This document shows, in pieces, positions 47,458-54,954 of a stretch of 64,000 nucleotides of DNA (its first letter is position 1; the number at the start of each line of letters is the position of its first letter). The stretch lies in NCBI GenBank assembly GCA_944389465.1, contig CALXML010000003.1, forward strand, positions 20,369-84,368, given 5' to 3'. The notes below the pieces were generated by a model. The model had not been told where the DNA came from, did not search any database, and saw only the letters and a program-made list of their open reading frames with translations. The position numbers were made by a program, and so were the translations under genes. Source of the stretch: an uncultured Alphaproteobacteria bacterium. GTDB lineage: Bacteria > Pseudomonadota > Alphaproteobacteria > Rs-D84.

Positions 47458-47917
47458 AATATTGATAGTCACTTAATGGACGATATTTATTAATAGTAAA
47501 TCCCTTGCTGACAAACCATAAACTGTCTTGGGGCACTTTGGATGCCGCGCCGGGGTAAAACTCAAAATCACCCTTGCCCCTAAATTTTGGGGAGTATTTA
47601 AATAGTGGTTCTAGTCCGTTTTGACGTAAAGCAACGATAGTATTTGCAACATATGTGTACCATTCCCCTTCCGGAATCAGATATATTGTTCTGACAGTTG
47701 GGTCGTCTGCATAACTTTTTGCTATATCGGATATGAAAAATTGTTCATCTGGGGTGATGTTTATAATGGCAGAATAATCATCGCAATTAAAATGCAGTTC
47801 CACATCACGCAACGGTTCATCTTTCTCGCACCCGCCCATAAATAATGATGCACCGGCAATGCCCAACATCGGCAGGATTCTTTTTATTTTATATGGCACT
47901 ATTTTTTTAAAGCGCAT
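47456..47917 (-). CDS. Probable lipoprotein, unknown function
   Basis: Start at MRFKKIVPYKIKRILPMLGIAGASLFMGGC (lipobox-like); RBS AAGGGGG. The listed ORF start lies upstream across a terminator. Confidence 0.6.
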   Translation of the reverse strand: MRFKKIVPYKIKRILPMLGIAGASLFMGGCEKDEPLRDVELHFNCDDYSAIINITPDEQFFISDIAKSYADDPTVRTIYLIPEGEWYTYVANTIVALRQNGLEPLFKYSPKFRGKGDFEFYPGAASKVPQDSLWFVSKGFTINKYRPLSDYQY

Positions 47918-47975
47918 TTTTTGCCCCCTTTGGTTTGGCGTTATGTGTTTATTCGTTTCTTCACCAATAAAACAC

Positions 47976-48004
47976 AAAAAGTCCGGAAAAATTTCCGGAC
48001 TTTT
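47976..48004 (-). terminator. Intrinsic terminator after the small ORF
   Basis: GTCCGGAAA-aattt-CCGGAC with flanking A and T runs. Confidence 0.75.
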
Positions 48005-48155
48005 ATCCCTTATATGACACAAAATCATCATCTGCGGCATTTGATTCTGGTGAAAATTCATTCCCCATTATCCCCCCCACGTGACATCCGTCACATGGTG
48101 GCCAATCGGGAATATCCCCAAAATCAATATAACAAAGATTTTTATTCAAAATCAT
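48003..48155 (-). CDS. Possible small protein (50 aa) with a CDGCH motif
   Basis: ATG at 48155 (MILNKNLCYIDFGDIPDWPPCDGCHVGG...). Own promoter TTGACA (48231-48226), 17-nt spacer, TATATT. A terminator directly follows the stop. No homolog recognised. Confidence 0.35.
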   Translation of the reverse strand: MILNKNLCYIDFGDIPDWPPCDGCHVGGIMGNEFSPESNAADDDFVSYKG

Positions 48156-48249
48156 TTTATTATACCGCCTGATACATTCTGTATCGGTTATTTGTTCTTT
48201 TATAAATATATGACAAAATATACGTATTGTCAAATTTTTGCGTTACCAC

Positions 48250-51200
48250 TTATCCGCCACCACTGTATTCAATAATCCAGTTTGTTGGGGTGTCACAGGC
48301 AGTACCGTTGTTTGTTGCCCAGCCCCAATTACCCTTACCGTCATTGTATCCATTGGTACATGTGGACTGGTCGCCGCGGTAAAAACTGGTCGGTATTTGG
48401 GTGATGGCGTCCACGTTATCATATTGTGGTGATATGTATGTACCACCGTTCGTTTTCTTGATAACGACGATATAATTCCCGTTACAGTTCAGGGTTTTGC
48501 CCGATGGGAATGTAGAGGTTTCGTCACTCGCATTGCCCATTGTACCGTTACAGAACAGGTATGCAATGTCAGCAGGCCCGTAATATGTATTATTGGATGG
48601 CGGTTTAAATGCCACAACGAATTTTGCGGTATCCGGCAGGCACAGACCGCCGTTTTGGTCAATTTTTCCATCTACTTCGGTGCTGTCGGCCGGTATATTA
48701 CTGGTCGTGTTTTCGTTACCCCAGTATCCGGATGTAGCATTCCAATTAACCCCTTGGATGCTGGACTGTATTTTACCCAAACAACAATTTCCAAAAGAGT
48801 CGCGTGCGCCAGCGACTGGGTCATTGTCGGTCGGTGTACGACAACAGTTATTGGAATCTGTTGTCGTTGGCACACGCCAGTAAGTATTGGTTGGGCAGGT
48901 CAGACCATCGTCGGATACGTCAGTACGTGAAACGCAGTATGAAGTTTGCTTGTTTGAGTCCCATTGTGATATATACCCCGGACCGCATGATGTGTCACGA
49001 CAACTGTCAACTTCGTCATCTGTGCCGGTGTTTTTGGCAAACCATGACAATAATGTTTCTGTATCTTCGTCAACTGGCATTTTGATTTGGTTGTGCGAAT
49101 CTGCCGCGGACAAATTGGTTACTGGGTGTGCCTCGCAATTGCCCCATACTTTTTCAGCCAAACGGCATATTTGGCATTCTGGGGTGTTAACCTTGGTATA
49201 TGTAATGTCGTTTGCAAGGGTGCCGTCGTCGTTGGTGGCAAACTGCATACCGCAATCATCTGCACATATATCGTATATGCAGTTGGCATCGTCTGTTGTT
49301 GTGCAAGATGTGCCGGACCAGTTTGTTTGCAATTCGTCGTTTGTAATGTCGGTGTTTGTGTCACCGTATAGCAGTTCATAGAATGAACCATTATCGTCAA
49401 TTGCGCCGTCCGCAATTTGCAATTCTGTGATTTTATTAATTGCATCTGTGCCGGCGTCAGCAACGCATTCCAAAACTTCGTCCCAACAGGCTGTGCGGTT
49501 AATAATGGCCTTTCTGTTAACGGATGTTTGAATATCTTCGCACAGGCCAAAGTTACCAGAAATTGATTTACATGATTGGATGATACAGTTACGGCCAACC
49601 TCGCGACAGGTTTGCATAATTGTGTCATATGTTTTGTCGGTGGCGATTTCTGTCATACCCTCGTTCCAGATGTCGCCACTGTCAACAGTGTTCAACAATG
49701 CGGTACAGGCAGACTGAACCTCGGAACACATTTGTTTTACGGTTTTGTCGGCCTGTACACCAAAAATTGATAATGCGCGGGCATCAAAATCTTCCAGCGA
49801 TTCAGCGGCATCAGATAAACACTGTGTCGTCAGGGTTGTACAACTTTGGCGAACTTCTTCCAGTTTGCTTTCTTGGGCCAATTTGATTTGTGCCAACGCG
49901 TCTTCTAGGAACGCGTCCCATACGCTGTCGGCGATGTCTTGGCAATTTTCAGTGGCGGATTCCAAATATTTCTTTTTGGAATTTAAGTATGATACGAATT
50001 TCGCATTTCCGGGGGCACCCGTCCATGTTTGATTGGAATCAGGACGGGTGATTAAATTACCCAAATTGGCCAAGTTTGATGTTAATATCGCTTCGCCGGT
50101 GGATGGGTCAATGTATTGGCCACTGATATCCAAGCATTGTTGTAAATCATCCCCACAAACGGATGTGTCGGTTAACATATCCAGCATTTTTTTCTTGCAC
50201 GTTAAAATGTCGTCGGAATTATTTTTCTGGTATGTGTCCAAACGGGATATGTCCAACAGAGCACTGCCTTCGCGGATTTTTTCGCGGGCCAAATCCTGTT
50301 GGGTTTGGTATGCCTTGGCAACGGTGTTACAATCCTGTTCAATTGCCATTTGGTATCCACTTTCTATGATGTCCAATTCGTCAGGGGTGCATACCTCCAA
50401 CGCCATTTCGCGGCATACCGGCAGGGCGGCCGAATATAATTCTGTGCCGGATTTTGTTGTGGTGGATGCGCCGGCCAATGAGTCAACCGTGTCAAAGGCA
50501 GCCGCTGCATTTAATGATAATGATATTGGCGACAAATCAGTATCAAAAGAACTGGTGTCAAATGTCGCGTTTAATTTTTCTGAAATGTCATCCAATAATT
50601 CCTTGGACGATGATGTATCCTCTTGCTGAAAGGCCAGTTCGCCCTCGGTCGCTTGGAATATAGACTCGGCATCTTCTTTGTCCATATTTACCGTCAGCAG
50701 GCGTTGGTTAAAGTCCAATAATTTATCCTCTACGGTGGCCAATTGTTCCTTGATATCATCAAATTCGTTTACCCGTGACGAGCATGCACAACGCTTTAAT
50801 TGGCTGTCCTTGTTGGCGCAAAATTCATCCATACAACTGTAATATACTTCGCGGCATTTGGTATAGTCGCGGTTTATTATTTCCTCGGCCGACAGGGTGC
50901 CTGCGCGTGATACACGGGCGGATTGTGCCACGCCAGTGCGACGGGCGGTTGTTGTTGTATGCGTTTGTGGTGTTGTGGCGGCACGTGAAACAGATGCCGC
51001 GCGTGAAATTGTGGCAGTGGCACTGCGCGCGCCATTCGCTGATGTATTTGTATCTGTGCGGTTTATGTTCGCAGTGCGTGAAACAGTTGATACGGCGTTA
51101 CGTGATACGGCCGTGCGTGACGGCGTTGATACGACGGATGATTTAGATACAGTGGCACGTGGTAAAACGTTTGTTGCACTTCTGGTTGTGGTGGATTGAT

Positions 51201-51513
51201 TTGATGTTTCCGTTGATGTGCGTGTGCCACCATCGCGCACAACAACGTTTGCGCGTGACGATGTATTTGATTGTGTACGATTACGCACAGATTGGCCCGA
51301 TTGATTCAGGTTTGTGGAACGTGATATGCCGGATGATTCAATTTTCTGTGTGTCAGATGTTTGGACCGATTGTTCGCGTGATACAGTTGTTGTTGCACCA
51401 CGGCGTGTTGCGGCACGCGCAATGGTATCCGCATCATCAGCAGATGCAATGTTTGGCGCGCTGAATACCAGTAATGCCAGACATCCCGCAAAGATTTGTT
51501 TGATTCCTTTCAT
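48250..51513 (-). CDS. Giant secreted Cys-rich protein, CMDQFC family (paralog 4, 1087 aa)
   Basis: Signal peptide, then a ~190 aa S/T/R/N-rich region, then the core KCREVYYSCMDEFC (50818-50856) with RCACSS shortly after. Shared helical Cys-pair segments. The C-terminal ~350 aa is Cys-dense. Confidence 0.8.
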   Translation of the reverse strand: MKGIKQIFAGCLALLVFSAPNIASADDADTIARAATRRGATTTVSREQSVQTSDTQKIESSGISRSTNLNQSGQSVRNRTQSNTSSRANVVVRDGGTRTSTETSNQSTTTRSATNVLPRATVSKSSVVSTPSRTAVSRNAVSTVSRTANINRTDTNTSANGARSATATISRAASVSRAATTPQTHTTTTARRTGVAQSARVSRAGTLSAEEIINRDYTKCREVYYSCMDEFCANKDSQLKRCACSSRVNEFDDIKEQLATVEDKLLDFNQRLLTVNMDKEDAESIFQATEGELAFQQEDTSSSKELLDDISEKLNATFDTSSFDTDLSPISLSLNAAAAFDTVDSLAGASTTTKSGTELYSAALPVCREMALEVCTPDELDIIESGYQMAIEQDCNTVAKAYQTQQDLAREKIREGSALLDISRLDTYQKNNSDDILTCKKKMLDMLTDTSVCGDDLQQCLDISGQYIDPSTGEAILTSNLANLGNLITRPDSNQTWTGAPGNAKFVSYLNSKKKYLESATENCQDIADSVWDAFLEDALAQIKLAQESKLEEVRQSCTTLTTQCLSDAAESLEDFDARALSIFGVQADKTVKQMCSEVQSACTALLNTVDSGDIWNEGMTEIATDKTYDTIMQTCREVGRNCIIQSCKSISGNFGLCEDIQTSVNRKAIINRTACWDEVLECVADAGTDAINKITELQIADGAIDDNGSFYELLYGDTNTDITNDELQTNWSGTSCTTTDDANCIYDICADDCGMQFATNDDGTLANDITYTKVNTPECQICRLAEKVWGNCEAHPVTNLSAADSHNQIKMPVDEDTETLLSWFAKNTGTDDEVDSCRDTSCGPGYISQWDSNKQTSYCVSRTDVSDDGLTCPTNTYWRVPTTTDSNNCCRTPTDNDPVAGARDSFGNCCLGKIQSSIQGVNWNATSGYWGNENTTSNIPADSTEVDGKIDQNGGLCLPDTAKFVVAFKPPSNNTYYGPADIAYLFCNGTMGNASDETSTFPSGKTLNCNGNYIVVIKKTNGGTYISPQYDNVDAITQIPTSFYRGDQSTCTNGYNDGKGNWGWATNNGTACDTPTNWIIEYSGGG

Positions 51514-51598
51514 CCTGTTGAATTAATGTTAGCAAAATTTTAAAAAGTCGGGCAAGTATTTTATTAGAAAACAAATAATAAAAACAAAGTTTACAGTT

Positions 51599-51682
51599 TG
51601 GTGCGGATAGGGGGACTTGAACCCCCAAGGTGTTAACCACAGCATCCTTAGTGCTGCGCGTTTACCGTTTCGCCATATCCGC
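51599..51682 (-). tRNA. tRNA-Leu, class II, with anticodon loop CTAAGGA (anticodon AAG, A34 encoded)
   Basis: The reverse complement folds as GCGGATA/TATCCGC acceptor, anticodon stem CAGCA/TGCTG, loop C-T-A-A-G-G-A (U33, G37), variable arm GGT-TAAC-ACC, T-arm GGGGG-TTCAAGT-CCCCC, and an encoded CCA. Confidence 0.75.
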
Positions 51683-51880
51683 ACGATGTACAACACAACG
51701 TTCCGCAACAGGGCGGCACTTCGTAGTCGCCATATCCGCACGATGTACAACACAACGTTCCGCAACAGGGCGACACTTCGTAGTCGCCATATCCGCATTA
51801 TGTACCATATTGTGGTTTGCGACAAGGCGGCACTTCGCTGCGCTGCGTAGTCGCCATATCCGCATATCGCATATGCGTAA
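51671..51880. repeat. Tandem repeat (57, 57, 67 bp and a partial unit), each unit containing the 5' end of tRNA-Leu(AAG)
   Basis: Units start at 51671, 51728, 51785 and 51852. All four begin CGCCATATCCGCA; the first two extend it to CGCCATATCCGCAC, which is the complement of tRNA positions 1-12 plus flank. Units 1 and 2 differ at one base. Confidence 0.85.
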
Positions 51881-51967
51881 TTTTTAATAATTCTTGCAAG
51901 AAGCATTTTTATTTTCAACCGTTTTGTGATACAATGGTGGTGATAATAAAATGTAGGGGACTGAAAT

Positions 51968-53440
51968 ATGAGAAAAGTTTCTTTGTTGGCTTTAATGCTG
52001 ATTCCGTTTGCTGCAAATGCGGCCGGTACTTATTATTCTGGGTATACTAATTCTTATCAATCGCCGTATTCCACACGGACGTATGCGCAACGGCAAAGTG
52101 GTTATAATTACAGCAGACAGGGTAATTATACAACACCGTCTTATTCCAGTACGCGTTATAACACTGCAAATGCCGGTGCAACAAATACCAGTGCACAAAG
52201 TGGTACACAACAGGCGGTGGCCAGTTCAAAAAAAACTGGTTTCTGGTTGGATGCGGGCATAACGCATCAGATGGCACAATGGCAATTTGAAATGGCCCAA
52301 TCTGGCAGTATTTTAAGTTATGACAATGTTGGGTGGAATGTGTTGGATGTCAGTGCCGGTTATGCTTTTAATGCCGGAAATACAACGATGCAAATTGACG
52401 CGGGTCTGCAATATGGTATGCAGTGGGGTGAATCCGCCATGTATGACGATGATATTTCCAATGGTGGATTTTTGGTCACAACATGGGTAGAGGCCGGCGA
52501 TGAAGACAATGTTATTGGTGACCAGATTGGTCACGCCATGTCAATTGGTACCAGTAAAGGCGGAAATATGTTGGGCTTTAACGTTGGTTTTGGTCTGACT
52601 GATATTTTCAAAATTGGGAATGTTACAATAACGCCGTCTGTTGGGTATCGGTATTTGAAATATAATTTAACGACTGAAAATAATTTTGGTTTGTCTGTTG
52701 ATACAACGGCCTGTTTCCAGATAGAGGGCAGTGATGAAATTCAATGTGACCCTGCAATCGTGGTTAATTTGTCCGATGGCAAGCAGCAAATTATTTGGCG
52801 TGATGATATAAATAACAGTATGGACGTGCCAAGCAATGCAACCAGTATAAATACCGGCAGTACATATTATTATCATCAACCGGGGGAAAGTCATTCGTAT
52901 GAAACAACATGGGCGGGCCCTTATATTGCGCTGGATATGGATTATTTAATTAATCAAAATAATGCGGTAAATGGCCGGATTGAATTGGGATTTCCTGCGT
53001 ATACGTCTGTTGGTGACCAGCCATATCGTTTTGATTGGGCGCATCCAAAATCTGTAGAGGATGAAGCCGGTATGTTTGGCGCGTTCCATTTTGGTTTGGG
53101 TGCAAATTGGACAACGGCGATAACAGATTCTGTTGCATTGTCGGTTGGTTTAACATATGATTATTACAGTGTCAGCGGTGCGGACGCAAAAACGTATCTG
53201 AATATGGATTACTATAATACATGGTATGATATGATTTTGGATGCGTGGAAGACCGAGTATCCAGATAATACCGAAGATTATATGTTGGGCCAGATAGAGG
53301 GTGTAGCCGGCGACCCAACGGCGATTAACATTAAAAATCTGGAATCACAGTGTCCGGGGGGCGTTTGCACAACCGACAGTGAAATAGAATCTTTCTATAA
53401 ATCACTGGGGATACGTGTTGGTATTAATGCAAAGTTTTAG
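51968..53440 (+). CDS. Outer-membrane beta-barrel protein with a Y/S/Q/N-rich N-terminal region (490 aa)
   Basis: Signal peptide ...FAANA; low-complexity tract YYSGYTNSYQSPYSTRTYAQRQSGYNYS...; barrel-like strands; terminal ...GINAKF. Confidence 0.65.
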   Translation: MRKVSLLALMLIPFAANAAGTYYSGYTNSYQSPYSTRTYAQRQSGYNYSRQGNYTTPSYSSTRYNTANAGATNTSAQSGTQQAVASSKKTGFWLDAGITHQMAQWQFEMAQSGSILSYDNVGWNVLDVSAGYAFNAGNTTMQIDAGLQYGMQWGESAMYDDDISNGGFLVTTWVEAGDEDNVIGDQIGHAMSIGTSKGGNMLGFNVGFGLTDIFKIGNVTITPSVGYRYLKYNLTTENNFGLSVDTTACFQIEGSDEIQCDPAIVVNLSDGKQQIIWRDDINNSMDVPSNATSINTGSTYYYHQPGESHSYETTWAGPYIALDMDYLINQNNAVNGRIELGFPAYTSVGDQPYRFDWAHPKSVEDEAGMFGAFHFGLGANWTTAITDSVALSVGLTYDYYSVSGADAKTYLNMDYYNTWYDMILDAWKTEYPDNTEDYMLGQIEGVAGDPTAINIKNLESQCPGGVCTTDSEIESFYKSLGIRVGINAKF

Positions 53441-53446
53441 TGTAAA

Positions 53447-54058
53447 ATGAAATTAAATAAATTGTTGTTGGCAATGTTGTTTGCAATCGCACCATTTGGT
53501 GCGATTGCGGCTGATTTGGTGGGGGTGGCGTCTGTTAATGTAACCAGTGATACCGCCGCCGCGGCCAAAGATATGGCCTTTGACGAGGCGCGTCGTCAAA
53601 TTATTAACGATGTGTTGGGGCAATATTCCATACCTGATTTATTGGCGGATGCGGTGCAGAATGCGTCGTCGGCCGATTTAACAAATTTAATTGCAGCATC
53701 TTCTATCAGTGGGGAACAGCAATCTGAAACGACTTACTCCGCGGATATAACAATGACGATTGACCGTGATGCGGCGCGTGCATGGATGACGGAAAATAAT
53801 GTTCAAAATTGGTTAACTGATGGAAAATCTGGGGACAGGTTTGTGGTTCAAATTGTTATGTCTGATAAATTGGCCGGATGGATTGAATTAAACAATATTG
53901 TCCGTGCCGAAGGCATAGAAATGGATACAAAATACATAAATGGCAATCAGGTGACTGTTGAAATTCCGGTGGCCAGTCGTGGTGCTTTTACCATTGCCAT
54001 TGGCGAGGCCGGTTGGCGGTATGCTGACCAGAATGGGGTGTTACATATTTTAAAATAA
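53447..54058 (+). CDS. Secreted protein, unknown function (203 aa)
   Basis: Signal peptide MKLNKLLLAMLFAIAPFGAIA. Starts 6 nt after the upstream stop. Confidence 0.6.
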   Translation: MKLNKLLLAMLFAIAPFGAIAADLVGVASVNVTSDTAAAAKDMAFDEARRQIINDVLGQYSIPDLLADAVQNASSADLTNLIAASSISGEQQSETTYSADITMTIDRDAARAWMTENNVQNWLTDGKSGDRFVVQIVMSDKLAGWIELNNIVRAEGIEMDTKYINGNQVTVEIPVASRGAFTIAIGEAGWRYADQNGVLHILK

Positions 54059-54068
54059 TTTTATACAG

Positions 54069-54947
54069 ATGTTTAAAAAAGTTTCTTTTGTTTTATTGGC
54101 GTTAATGTTGCCGTTTGCGGGGTATGCTGATGATAATCACGCTTGGTTTGGGGTAACCAATGACGATACTAAATTACAATTATCTGTGCGACGTATTGGG
54201 TTGGATTTATCAAAAACACAGGTACGTAATGCCGCTGAATATCAGGATTCACCTGTTTCTGCATTAAATGCAACCAGTCAGGATTATATCAAGGGTGTTT
54301 TTGATACTATTTTGGAATATACGCATAATAAATTTAAGTGGGACAACAGTTTGTTTATGGAATATGGTAAAACAACCCTGAAACCATATAATGCGCCCGC
54401 AACAACAGATGAAAATGCCGATAAAATTTTGTATTCCAGTGATTTGTCTTATGAATGCTGGGAATTTGGCGGGTTGAAATTTGGTCCGACGGTACGTGCG
54501 GCGTACGAAACGCAATTCGCGGACAGTGAATCTTTGCCACGCCAAAATATTTTGCGTGCCAGTGGCGGTATTTCTTTGTTTGACCATAATATTATTAAAA
54601 GTTTATATTTAACCGGAATACACGAATATGATTTTACATATGCCGGTGCGCAAAACAGCAAATTGGGTGCTGAATTTGGGTGGCGTTTGGAATATGAAAT
54701 CAGGGAAGGGGTAAAATTATCTGCTGATGGATATTATCGTGAATATTTTTCTTATTCTGAATATGTGCCAACGGATTTGGAACGCGATTTAAGTGCGGTT
54801 TTGCGTTTTGATACTAATTTATGGGGTGATTTTACAATGGGGCCATATGCGCAATATCGTTTGGCGCGTGCGCGTGGGGCGGAACATTATGGCAGTAATT
54901 TAATTTTTGGTATTTCTTTTAATTATATAACTAAATTTTTGCTGTAA
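54069..54947 (+). CDS. Outer-membrane beta-barrel-like protein, unknown function (292 aa)
   Basis: Signal peptide ...LPFAGYA; alternating aromatic/hydrophobic strand pattern; third gene of a tight cluster. Confidence 0.6.
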   Translation: MFKKVSFVLLALMLPFAGYADDNHAWFGVTNDDTKLQLSVRRIGLDLSKTQVRNAAEYQDSPVSALNATSQDYIKGVFDTILEYTHNKFKWDNSLFMEYGKTTLKPYNAPATTDENADKILYSSDLSYECWEFGGLKFGPTVRAAYETQFADSESLPRQNILRASGGISLFDHNIIKSLYLTGIHEYDFTYAGAQNSKLGAEFGWRLEYEIREGVKLSADGYYREYFSYSEYVPTDLERDLSAVLRFDTNLWGDFTMGPYAQYRLARARGAEHYGSNLIFGISFNYITKFLL

Positions 54948-54954
54948 TTAATTC

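Noticed and set aside
47918-48061. N-terminal extensions given by the ORF track (for example 47456..48061, 17391..17882, 37837..38310, 20773..21408, 34836..35237, 41923..42174, 63122..63946)
   Set aside because: The upstream parts cross terminators, promoters, leaders or a tRNA. Internal starts have RBS sequences and give canonical N-termini or signal peptides, so the shorter coordinates are reported.
51671-51880. CRISPR array?
   Set aside because: There are only ~3.5 directly abutting units with no unique spacers. The units include part of a tRNA gene, and no cas genes are nearby.
51529-51918. 129-aa minus-strand ORF and the 77-85 aa plus-strand ORFs with internally repeated peptides (IVRIWRLRSAALLRNVVLY...)
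   Set aside because: They overlap tRNA-Leu(AAG) and the 57-bp tandem repeat. The peptide repeats are simply the translated DNA repeat.
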